This document shows positions 17,852 to 26,327 of a stretch of 64,000 nt of DNA, one piece after another. The DNA lies in the NCBI GenBank assembly GCA_041751215.1, contig JBGSXW010000005.1, positions 3,664 through 67,663 of the forward strand, read 5' to 3'. Position 1 is the stretch's first letter. Each line of letters begins with the position of its first letter. The stretch is from Candidatus Saccharimonadales bacterium. GTDB lineage: Bacteria; Patescibacteriota; Saccharimonadia; Saccharimonadales; JBGSXW01. The position numbers and the translations under genes were made by a program. The notes beneath the pieces are model-generated. The model was not told where the DNA came from. It ran no database searches and was given only the letters and a program-made list of their open reading frames with translations.

Positions 17852-17861
17852 TGTCCTTATG

Positions 17862-17898
17862 CTAGCAAAGAAATAACCCGGCGCAAGTCCGGGTTATT
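17862..17898 (-). terminator. intrinsic terminator candidate after the pilin genes
   Basis: AATAACCCGG-N7-CCGGGTTATT stem, followed on the minus strand by TTCTTTG. Confidence 0.45.
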
Positions 17899-17925
17899 TA
17901 ATCGGTGCTAGATTATCTAAGTAAA

Positions 17926-18414
17926 CTAAGCGTTGTCCTCGCAGTAGCTACCGCCACCCTCAAGCATAATAACAACAGCTACGTTTCTTGCGCCGCCTGA
18001 GGCCAAGCCAGCAAGAGCTGATCCGGACTGACATACAAGTCCCGATCCAACCACGATGTCGCCTGGTTCAGGGTCATAGGTGCCACCAGCGTATGCAGCA
18101 AGATAAACAGTTACGTTTTCCACCTGGTAGTTATTGCCAGTAGTAGGATCGGTTATTCCCTCTGGCAAATAATCTTCCATTATTGGATCAAACGTTGCAT
18201 TGTTAAGAATAGCGGGGTACTGTCCGTTATTGTTGCCGGCATAAGTTTCAAGTGCGCCCAGTATCCTAGCGGCGTCCTTCTTTCGCTGCGTATCACGACG
18301 TGATTTTTGCAGTTGTGGCAAGGCCAAGAAGACTATCAGAAAGATCAATCCTGCGATTGCAAGGACGAGCACGACCTCGATGATCGTGAAGCCGCGCTCG
18401 TTTTTCTTCAACAT
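17926..18414 (-). CDS. type IV pilin (paralog 1)
   Basis: ERGFTIIEVVLVLAIAGLIFLIVFLALPQ; C-terminal Cys pair. Confidence 0.8.
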   Translation of the reverse strand: MLKKNERGFTIIEVVLVLAIAGLIFLIVFLALPQLQKSRRDTQRKKDAARILGALETYAGNNNGQYPAILNNATFDPIMEDYLPEGITDPTTGNNYQVENVTVYLAAYAGGTYDPEPGDIVVGSGLVCQSGSALAGLASGGARNVAVVIMLEGGGSYCEDNA

Positions 18415-18434
18415 ATTATGTTGCCCTTAGTTGC

Positions 18435-18938
18435 TTATTGGTTATCCTGGCAGTAAGAACCAGTTTCTAATCGCATCACTATAGCGATATCTCGGCTACC
18501 AGAACCAGTTGCAATGGCTTCGCCAGAACAGACACCGTTAGTAGCATATCGGAAGTTACCTGGTGTGGTCCCTGCGCTACCTACTCCAAAAGTTGAAGTA
18601 GTTGGTGTTGTGCCAGTTGATGGTGGGTTAACACCATAACCAAGACCGCTGGTTGGGTCTAAGTAGTTGTCCGATAGGTACGTTGTTGCAAAGCTGGTGA
18701 AGCTGTTTGCTCCACTGGCAGCAGCAGCTGGATATACTCCGCTGTTGTTACCGGCATAGCTCTCAAGTGATGAAAGCATACGGCCAACGTCATTCTTGCG
18801 CTGTGTGTCGCGTCGTGAACGTTGTAATTGTGGCAAGGCTAGGAAGACGATCAAAAAGATCAATCCTGCGATTGCCAGTACTAATACGACTTCGATGATG
18901 GTGAAGCCTGATTCTTTACGATTGGTTGTTTTTTGCAT
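18435..18938 (-). CDS. type IV pilin (paralog 2)
   Basis: ESGFTIIEVVLVLAIAGLIFLIVFLALPQ; ATG at 18938 chosen because AGGAGGG lies 8 nt upstream (the track ORF extends to 18965). Confidence 0.8.
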   Translation of the reverse strand: MQKTTNRKESGFTIIEVVLVLAIAGLIFLIVFLALPQLQRSRRDTQRKNDVGRMLSSLESYAGNNSGVYPAAAASGANSFTSFATTYLSDNYLDPTSGLGYGVNPPSTGTTPTTSTFGVGSAGTTPGNFRYATNGVCSGEAIATGSGSRDIAIVMRLETGSYCQDNQ

Positions 18939-18988
18939 GTTTGCCACCCTCCTGTTAGTTGGCATTACATATAAATGCTCATGCCCTG

Positions 18989-19016
18989 ATTGTACTAAAG
19001 CTTAACCGTATTGCAA
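18989..19016 (-). promoter_or_regulatory. sigma70-like promoter candidate for the pilin genes
   Basis: Minus-strand TTGCAA-16 nt-TACAAT about 50 nt upstream of the pilin ATG. Confidence 0.4.
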
Positions 19017-19072
19017 TAGATAAAATCAGATGGATGCAATAACTATCCACAGGGTGCCTGCAAGGCGGCTAT

Positions 19073-19126
19073 GACACCTTTTAAAAAAGGTGCCCCAAAA
19101 CCTTCCCGTTGCTACCAAAACATAGT
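19073..19126 (+). repeat. partial element A head (palindrome GACACCTTTTAAAAAAGGTGCC + CCAAAACCTTCCCGTTGCTACCAAAACA)
   Basis: Reverse-complement match to 47341-47393. Confidence 0.7.
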
Positions 19127-19133
19127 TTCTTTT

Positions 19134-19311
19134 GTCGCTTGCCAGCGACGTGGCATTGCCACTTTTTAAAAAGTGGCTCAAAACTACCCCGCTGCTACTA
19201 AAACACTCATGAACTTGTTTCGCACAGAACTTGGGTTACTGCGGAGTACGTATGAACAGTCCTCGTCACGCCATGTTCTGTCCTTACAAGTTCAGAGATT
19301 TTAGTAGATGC
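19134..19311 (+). repeat. element A, copy 3 (subfamily A2)
   Basis: Hairpin GTCGCT-TGCC-AGCGAC; palindrome 19158-19177; closing helix CTACTAAAA../..TTTTAGTAG; core GCGGAGTACG..ACAGTCCTCGTCACGCC. Confidence 0.8.
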
Positions 19312-19350
19312 GGGTTTATCCGAACATCTGACCCTATTTTCAGGGATGAA

Positions 19351-19430
19351 GCACAAGGAAGTTGTGAGTAGTGGAAGGGTTGCTGTGCGTATAGCACTGC
19401 GCCCTGAGCAAGGGAACAACTAACGCAGAG
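19351..19430 (+). repeat. element B, copy i (intergenic, divergent)
   Basis: GCACAAGGAAG....GTGC-GTATA-GCAC hairpin....AACGCAGAG; aligns with 55728-55802. Confidence 0.6.
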
Positions 19431-19490
19431 CTCGTGGTGCGAGCTGCTCCGCAGCTCGGCAGACGAGCGGTGATTCGCCCTGAAAAGAGG

Positions 19491-20708
19491 TCAGACGGCT
19501 ATGGATTGGCCAACTAGGCCGTAAACTGGTAGCAAAATCGCCGCCACCAACAGTCCCGCCACCAAGGCCAAAACAATCATTAACACTGGTTCAATGGTCG
19601 AGGAAATCGCTTTAATTTCGTCATCAAGTTCTCGCTCGTAGTAAAGGGCGGTCTTTTCAAGCATCTTGTCTAAGCTGCCAGACTGCTCACCAATTCGGAT
19701 CATCTGCGGAACCAATGGCAAAAAGTTCTGATCGTCTTTTAGAGACTCAGACAGCGCCGTACCAGACTTAACTCTCTCGGACGCATGCATAACTGATTCT
19801 TTAATATGTACGTTATTTACAGCGTCTCCGGTAATGCGAAGCATTTCTAGCATCGGCACTCCACTGGCAGTTAGCGTTGTAGCGGTTCTAGCAAACCGAG
19901 CCATGTACATCTTCATAAACAAACGACCAAATATCGGAGCTGTCATCTTTAGCCTGTCACCGGCTCTACTGCCGCTACTGGACCTAAAGTATTTGGCGAT
20001 CATGTAGCCAACAATTCCAAAAAGAACGATTAGCGCATACCAGAACTTGATAATAAACTTAGCGATTGCCAGCATAAAAGCTGTAATAAATGGCAGTGAT
20101 TGTCTCAAGTCAACGTAAAGCTGCTCAACCTGGGGCAAGACAGTGGTTAACATGAAGATCACAACGCCACAAATAACCACCAACACAATGATTGGATAGA
20201 TCATGGCTCCACGAACTTTGGCAATAACTTCGGCGTCTTTTTCTTGCTGATCAGCGATGCGCTCCAGGGCTTTATCGAGCGTACCCGACGCCTCACCGGC
20301 TGCCACCAAGCTAACAAAAACTGTGTTAAATACCTTAGGGTGTTTTGCCAGCGAGCTAGCAAAAGTGCCACCGGCTTCAACATCTGTAATAACCTCGCTG
20401 ATTATCACCTGTAGAGGCTTGCTATCAGTTTGCTCTGACACGGTTCTAAGCGACTGCACCAGCGGAAGACCAGAGTTAATCATGGTCGAAAGCTGACGAG
20501 AAAACAGAACTTTATCTTTAGACTTAATGCGGTTTCCAAACCGACCCTTCAGACTGGTGTCTTTGGCGTCTTTGAGCTTGATTTCAATTGGCGCCAAACC
20601 CTCTTTGCTGAGTTGCTTGGCAGCTGCCCGCTCGTTATCAGCCTGCATCAGTGCGGTGATTTTTTCACCGGTCTTGGAATCTCTGGCTGTATATTCAAAA
20701 GTTAACAT
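19491..20708 (-). CDS. pilC: type IV pilus assembly platform protein (GspF family)
   Basis: 405 aa, two GspF-type repeats, three TM segments. Confidence 0.85.
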   Translation of the reverse strand: MLTFEYTARDSKTGEKITALMQADNERAAAKQLSKEGLAPIEIKLKDAKDTSLKGRFGNRIKSKDKVLFSRQLSTMINSGLPLVQSLRTVSEQTDSKPLQVIISEVITDVEAGGTFASSLAKHPKVFNTVFVSLVAAGEASGTLDKALERIADQQEKDAEVIAKVRGAMIYPIIVLVVICGVVIFMLTTVLPQVEQLYVDLRQSLPFITAFMLAIAKFIIKFWYALIVLFGIVGYMIAKYFRSSSGSRAGDRLKMTAPIFGRLFMKMYMARFARTATTLTASGVPMLEMLRITGDAVNNVHIKESVMHASERVKSGTALSESLKDDQNFLPLVPQMIRIGEQSGSLDKMLEKTALYYERELDDEIKAISSTIEPVLMIVLALVAGLLVAAILLPVYGLVGQSIAV

Positions 20709-20714
20709 GGTTGT

Positions 20715-21782
20715 TTAGCCGCGCATTAGGCGGTCAAGCTCCTCGATATCAACCGCAAAGTTGCGGGCTTCTTCGTAAGTTATGGTTCCGGCGTGAATTA
20801 GCGATACTAGTGTCTTGTCCATCGATTGCATGCCGTGCTCAGCACCGGTTTGAATTACGGCATCAAGCTGGTGAGATTTGCCTTCACGGATGATGTTACG
20901 AACAGCTGGCGTAGCTACCATGATTTCAGCCGCCACCATTCGCCCACCGCCGATAGCCGGAACTAGACGCTGCGACACAATGGCCTGCAACATGGCGGAG
21001 AGCTGAGCCCGAATCTGTGGCTGCTGGTGTGGCGGGAAAACGTCAATCATACGGTCAATCGACTGAGCAGCCGAGTTGGTGTGAAGGGTTGCAAACACCA
21101 AGTGGCCAGTTTCGGCAATGGTTATGGCTGCAGCAATAGTTTCGAGGTCGCGCATCTCACCGATCAGCACAACGTCGGGGTCTTGGCGCAAGCTTGAACG
21201 CAAAGCTGCCGAGAATGAATAGGTGTCGTAGTGAACTTCTCGTTGCACTACTACAGACTTCTTGGATTTGTGCGTAAACTCAATTGGATCTTCGATGGTA
21301 ACAATGTGCTCAGCACGCTCGGTGTTAATCTTGTCGATAATTGCAGCCAGCGTTGTTGACTTACCTGAACCGGTTGGACCGGTTACAAGAACTAGGCCAC
21401 GTGGATACTCGGCAAATGAGCTAACTACTTGAGGCAGACTCAGCTCGTCGATGGTTTTAATCTCATTAGGAATAAGGCGAAGTGCTGCCGCCATGTTTCC
21501 TCGCTCATGAAAAGCGTTAACACGGAAGCGACCAAGATCGCCAAAGGCAAACGAAAAGTCGAACTCTTTATCTTTAATAAGTATCTGCTTTTGGTCCTCG
21601 TCTAAAATTGCAAAGACTAGAGATTCTACTTGTTCTTCATTAAGATTTTCGGCACCGCTAACGGCTTTAAGTGAGCCATCAACACGGAGCATTGGCGGTA
21701 AGCCAACTTGCAAGTGAAGGTCAGAAGCTTTTTGCTTGATGACTTCTTCTAGTAGTAGTTCGATTCTTAGATTATTCGCCAT
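20715..21782 (-). CDS. pilT: twitching-motility retraction ATPase
   Basis: Walker A GPTGSGKST; TIEDPIE; Walker B/Asp box DPDVVLIGEMRD; His box ATLHTNSA; ~355 aa. Confidence 0.85.
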   Translation of the reverse strand: MANNLRIELLLEEVIKQKASDLHLQVGLPPMLRVDGSLKAVSGAENLNEEQVESLVFAILDEDQKQILIKDKEFDFSFAFGDLGRFRVNAFHERGNMAAALRLIPNEIKTIDELSLPQVVSSFAEYPRGLVLVTGPTGSGKSTTLAAIIDKINTERAEHIVTIEDPIEFTHKSKKSVVVQREVHYDTYSFSAALRSSLRQDPDVVLIGEMRDLETIAAAITIAETGHLVFATLHTNSAAQSIDRMIDVFPPHQQPQIRAQLSAMLQAIVSQRLVPAIGGGRMVAAEIMVATPAVRNIIREGKSHQLDAVIQTGAEHGMQSMDKTLVSLIHAGTITYEEARNFAVDIEELDRLMRG

Positions 21783-21805
21783 TTGTGTGTCCCCTCCCCG
21801 GAGTA

Positions 21806-23617
21806 TTAGGCGCTGTCAATGGCAGCGACGCGATTAACTTCCTCGAGCGTTGTCATCCCAGCCAGAGCCTTCAGGTAGCCGTCCTCGCGCATGGTAATCA
21901 TACCTTGCGCTTGCGCTGCTCGTTGAATCTCACTACTGGTTGAATGATTAAGGATTAACTCCTCAATGTGCTCGTCGATCTCGAATACCTCATAGAGGCC
22001 GAGACGACCTTTATAGCCGCCCGGGGCAGATCGCGTGTCTTTGCCCTTATATAAAGTATAAGCATTTTGGTTAGCCAAGGGCAAGCTCTCGTATCCGAGG
22101 TCCTTGGCAACCGCCGACATCTCTTCCTGGTTTTTGGGCAAAATGTGACCGATAGTTTCATTGATAGCCTGAGTCTCAACCTTGCTAGACTGATAGACCT
22201 CAGGCTCGCCGCCGATTCGTCTAACCAATCGTTGACCGATAACAGTATTAACCGTCGACGCAATCAAAAATGGCTCGATTTGCATGTCGAGAAGTCGAGG
22301 CAAGATGCCGGCAGCCGAGTTGGTGTGAAGCGTAGAGAAAACCAAGTGACCAGTCAAAGCTGCCTGAGTTGCCAGCTCGGCGGTTTCTTTGTCGCGGATC
22401 TCTCCGACCATCACTACGTCTGGGTCTTGGCGCAAGATTGAGCGCAAACCAGTAGCAAAAGTTAGACCAACTCCAGGGTTAATCTGAATCTGGTTAACGC
22501 CGCTAATTTTGTACTCTACCGGATCCTCGAGCGTCACAATGTTGATTTGCTCGTTCTTAATTTCCTTGATCATGGCGTACATCGAGGTCGACTTACCAGA
22601 ACCAGTTGGGCCGCTGGTTAGAACCATGCCGTTAGGACTAAGCAGGCCTTTTTTAATGGTTCGTAGTGCTCGGCCGGTGTAGCCCATGTCCGCCAAATCC
22701 ATGCTAGTGCCGGTTTTATCCAGCAAACGAATTACTATCTGCTCGCCCCAAACGGTTGGCGAAATCGCAATACGCAGGTCGATCTCTTTTTGCTTCACTT
22801 TAAGAGTAAACTGTCCGTCCTGAGGAACTCGGTGTTCATCAATCTTTAAGTTTGAGAGAATCTTTACTCGAGACACCAGCGCGGCTTCGGTGCTTTTGGG
22901 CAGATGCATGACTTCGCGCAGCACGCCGTCGACTCGAACTCGAATTTTGACTTCTTTTTCGGTTGGCTCGATGTGAACATCGGAAGCTTCGCTATCGGCA
23001 GCAAATTCCAAAATTGTAGTTAGCGCGCGGCTAATCGGCGAATCTTGTGAAACCGTAACAACTTCTTTATCACGGCCCAGCTCGGTGGTGGCGTCCGCTA
23101 GTTCTTTGGTATCGATACCTTTTATGCCTCCGCCGGTGGCTTGTCCTAAGGCGTCTGTAACTCCCCGCTTTATATCAGTGCCATACTGGCTAATAACATG
23201 CTTAATTCCCTCCTCGGAGGCCATATAGACCTTAAGGGGGCGTCCAATCTTCTGACTTAGGTAGTCGGCTGCCTGAACGTTATCGGCATCTAGCATGGCA
23301 ACTACTAGCCGATTCTGCATTTCTCCTAGCGGAACCGCCATAAAACGCTCAGCCGCATCTTGTGGCAGTAGATTTAAGATATCTGGGCTAACAGTTGCTT
23401 TGCTTAAATCAACGTATGGCAGATTTAAAACTTTTGCCGTTGCTTTGGTTAGTTGTTCCTCGCTAACTTTGTGGTTCTTAATAAGGTACGTTAGCAGCGG
23501 CTCGCGCAGCTGGCTGGCCGTTTTTTTGGCATCATCTAGTTGGGGCTTGGTCATTGCCCCTTGGGTTACAAGCAGATCGTAGACCTGCTGCTGATTGGTT
23601 TCAGATAGAACGCTCAA
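21806..23617 (-). CDS. pilB: type IV pilus assembly ATPase (GspE family)
   Basis: N-terminal MshEN/GSPII-like repeats; GPTGSGKST; LEDPVE; DPDVVMVGEIRD; STLHTNSA. Confidence 0.85.
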   Translation of the reverse strand: MSVLSETNQQQVYDLLVTQGAMTKPQLDDAKKTASQLREPLLTYLIKNHKVSEEQLTKATAKVLNLPYVDLSKATVSPDILNLLPQDAAERFMAVPLGEMQNRLVVAMLDADNVQAADYLSQKIGRPLKVYMASEEGIKHVISQYGTDIKRGVTDALGQATGGGIKGIDTKELADATTELGRDKEVVTVSQDSPISRALTTILEFAADSEASDVHIEPTEKEVKIRVRVDGVLREVMHLPKSTEAALVSRVKILSNLKIDEHRVPQDGQFTLKVKQKEIDLRIAISPTVWGEQIVIRLLDKTGTSMDLADMGYTGRALRTIKKGLLSPNGMVLTSGPTGSGKSTSMYAMIKEIKNEQINIVTLEDPVEYKISGVNQIQINPGVGLTFATGLRSILRQDPDVVMVGEIRDKETAELATQAALTGHLVFSTLHTNSAAGILPRLLDMQIEPFLIASTVNTVIGQRLVRRIGGEPEVYQSSKVETQAINETIGHILPKNQEEMSAVAKDLGYESLPLANQNAYTLYKGKDTRSAPGGYKGRLGLYEVFEIDEHIEELILNHSTSSEIQRAAQAQGMITMREDGYLKALAGMTTLEEVNRVAAIDSA

Positions 23618-23629
23618 AGCTAACTACTC

Positions 23630-23869
23630 CTACTGAAAGGGGTTGTTGCTGTTGGACTCACCGATGCGTATAAGTTCGGTTGGGTTGAGGTAACCCTCCG
23701 CAAAAATCTTGGTGTCCGGTTGCGGAAAGTCAGCATCGATTGGAGCTACAATTTCGACTTCCGTGCTACGACTAGCCTCGGTATTGATCAGCATGTCAAA
23801 GACAAACCATGAAACCATTAAGCTGACCCCGACTACTAGAATCAGTGCTGCTATATCTTTTTGTTTCAT
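23630..23869 (-). CDS. small single-TM protein in the pilMNO block
   Basis: 79 aa, N-terminal TM, translationally coupled (4-nt overlap) to the upstream gene. Confidence 0.45.
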   Translation of the reverse strand: MKQKDIAALILVVGVSLMVSWFVFDMLINTEASRSTEVEIVAPIDADFPQPDTKIFAEGYLNPTELIRIGESNSNNPFQ

Positions 23870-24498
23870 TGGATTACTCCTTTGCTAATGTCGAGGTTGG
23901 TAGAAGGCTGGTAGAAGGTGCTGATCTGTAAGTCGGCGGTCATGACATTATCGCTACCACTCATGCGCATGCTGTCGATTCTAAATGGTCGTATTGAGCG
24001 TTCTAGTGATCTCACAAACGACTGGACATCACCATATGTTCCCTCAATAGAAACGCTAAACGGAATCTCTACTGGTTCTGGTGTAGCGCTGGTTCCTACC
24101 GCATCAGTTGATGCGTCGGTTCCGGCAAACGAAGCTAGGCTCCCACCGGTTCCGGTAACGATTTTCTCGACTGATGTCGCAACGGCTGGAAAGTCATATT
24201 TGCTTGGCAGCGCATCAAGTATCAACTGTGAGTCAATGTCCGAAGCCTCAAGCGCCACAAACGAGTTTTGGAGTTCTTCGGCGTTAGTGAGGTTAGTGTC
24301 TAGCTGGTTGCGCGCTGTTTCTTGCGCTGCAATGACCCTACTCTGATAACCTCGCTGATCCCACAAAATCTTACCAATGACCAAAGAGGCCGATACGATA
24401 ATTGAACTCACAACGAGAGTAATAAAGATATGCGCGTTGGCCTGCTGAATTAGGACTCGCTTGTCGTACGATTTTTTGATTGGTTTCATGCCAAGCAT
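23866..24498 (-). CDS. pilO: PilO-like pilus assembly protein
   Basis: TM + coiled-coil + C-terminal ferredoxin-like segment; position after pilN. Confidence 0.55.
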   Translation of the reverse strand: MLGMKPIKKSYDKRVLIQQANAHIFITLVVSSIIVSASLVIGKILWDQRGYQSRVIAAQETARNQLDTNLTNAEELQNSFVALEASDIDSQLILDALPSKYDFPAVATSVEKIVTGTGGSLASFAGTDASTDAVGTSATPEPVEIPFSVSIEGTYGDVQSFVRSLERSIRPFRIDSMRMSGSDNVMTADLQISTFYQPSTNLDISKGVIQ

Positions 24499-25197
24499 TT
24501 AGTTACCCTCCGAAAAGACTGATGGTTTTTCTTTACTAGACACCGTGCTGGCGATAGATGGAATCGACATAGTAACTACTTTGTCCGAAGCAAAGATTGC
24601 TGGATCAAACTGCATCGATAAAACAAAGCCAGTTGCAAACCGAGACTCAGCCTGCGGGTCGCGGCCAATGCTGGTTAGAACTACATTTGGAAAGGCCGGT
24701 AGCGACACGTCTTTTAGGTCAGCCGTTACGTATGAGGCGTTTTTGATGGTGTCGACATAGCGGTTTACGGCTTTAAAGTTAGTGGATCGTCCGGTCAGTT
24801 GGATCTGTTGAACTGCCCCTTCAACTGAGCCACCGAGACTCATCTCGCTGGCATCAAGCACGACATCAGCGGGTGTAATCTGCGACAAATATCTAAAGAA
24901 TCGACTTATCTCGGGCGCCTGAGCATGAAGTCCGGGCAAAGCCTTAAGTTGAGACTGAACAGTTAGAATCTCTGGCAGTTCTGGAATTGCCTGAAGCTCG
25001 CTGGCCTTGCTAGAAATATCGGTCTCTAAGTTAGCAATGTGACGCTTTTGCACCACGTATACACTTAGCGTCAAAATAACGACGATCGCTAAGAAGAAGC
25101 CACCTATTCCGAGTGCGGTGAGCACGATAATCCGCTTTGCTCGCTGAGCCTTTAGGAATTCTTGCTTAACATTTGGTACCAGGTTTAGTTGTATCAT
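24499..25197 (-). CDS. pilN: PilN-like pilus assembly protein
   Basis: N-terminal IQLNLVPN motif, then a TM helix. Confidence 0.6.
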   Translation of the reverse strand: MIQLNLVPNVKQEFLKAQRAKRIIVLTALGIGGFFLAIVVILTLSVYVVQKRHIANLETDISSKASELQAIPELPEILTVQSQLKALPGLHAQAPEISRFFRYLSQITPADVVLDASEMSLGGSVEGAVQQIQLTGRSTNFKAVNRYVDTIKNASYVTADLKDVSLPAFPNVVLTSIGRDPQAESRFATGFVLSMQFDPAIFASDKVVTMSIPSIASTVSSKEKPSVFSEGN

Positions 25198-25198
25198 A

Positions 25199-26236
25199 TT
25201 ATTCCACCCTCAATGCTAGTCCGGTAGCCACGCCAAACTGGCTGGATACGGCAATTAATTCGTTGTAACGATCCCTCGGGTAGCTCACGTTTGTCCAAGT
25301 ATTACCGATCTCGACCGGTATGTGGGTTTGATTAGCTAGGTAAAGTGGAAATTCTGGCAAAGTTGAAGCGCCGCCGGTTACGACAATCTTTTCTAAATCT
25401 TGGTTGTAGCGAGTTTTAAAGAACTTAACAGACTTATCGACTTCGCTAACTAGGCTGTCTACGGTGTGCTGCAGGGCTCGGAATACTTGGCCTTCGAGCT
25501 TATCTTGGCTCAGTCCAAACTTGTAGACGAACTGTTTTGCCTGGGCTTCGTCGACATTCAAGTTTTGCATGGCAGCTTTAATGAATGATGATCCGCCAGT
25601 TGGAATCGAGCGCACCAGTTTTGGATTGGCAGCGGCGCTAATTACTAAGTCTGTAGCGTGGTTGCCGATATCTAAAATCATTTGCGGGGTTGAGGTGGCT
25701 GGCGGCGTCAAAGAACGCACCAGCGCCAAGGCTTCAGGCTCTAAGGCAATGACGTTAAAACCTGCACCCTCTAGGCTGTTGAGCCGAGATTCAGCAAAGT
25801 CGTTTGGAACAGATGCGAATAGAACTTCTACTTTTCCGCGATCGGCTGGAGAATCTCCCAGTAGTGACCAGTCAAGCTTAACTTCGTTTAGTGGCTGTGG
25901 AATAAAACTTTCTGCCTGGTAGGCGACCGTTTTGCGCAGCTCAGCTTCTTCTAGCTTTGGAATATCGGCTACGGTCACAAAGCTTCGGTTGGCGGGTACG
26001 CCAACAGCGACATTGCGAGTTGTGATGCCAGTTTCGTTAACTAGAGCAACAATGGCGTCGATTAAACGCTTTTGATCTGCCGGAGCATCACTTTGTGCAG
26101 TTTTAACGTCTACTGCCTTTTGGCCGTAGCGCATTAGCACGCTTTGTCTTCCGGAGGTTTTTATCTGGACCACCCGTATCGCCGAGCTTCCGATATCCAA
26201 ACCGAAGAAATCGCCGATACCGCTTAAGATTCCCAT
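25199..26236 (-). CDS. pilM: PilM, actin-like ATPase of the pilus alignment complex
   Basis: GLDIGSSAIRVV phosphate-1 motif; ...VVTGGAS. Confidence 0.8.
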   Translation of the reverse strand: MGILSGIGDFFGLDIGSSAIRVVQIKTSGRQSVLMRYGQKAVDVKTAQSDAPADQKRLIDAIVALVNETGITTRNVAVGVPANRSFVTVADIPKLEEAELRKTVAYQAESFIPQPLNEVKLDWSLLGDSPADRGKVEVLFASVPNDFAESRLNSLEGAGFNVIALEPEALALVRSLTPPATSTPQMILDIGNHATDLVISAAANPKLVRSIPTGGSSFIKAAMQNLNVDEAQAKQFVYKFGLSQDKLEGQVFRALQHTVDSLVSEVDKSVKFFKTRYNQDLEKIVVTGGASTLPEFPLYLANQTHIPVEIGNTWTNVSYPRDRYNELIAVSSQFGVATGLALRVE

Positions 26237-26327
26237 GGCGTCATTCTAGCATAAGCGTAATGTTGCTGCGATGGTTTTTCGTACTCTGTTGTGTATTCGG
26301 ACTTGCCCACCCTATGCTCCTCTTCTT

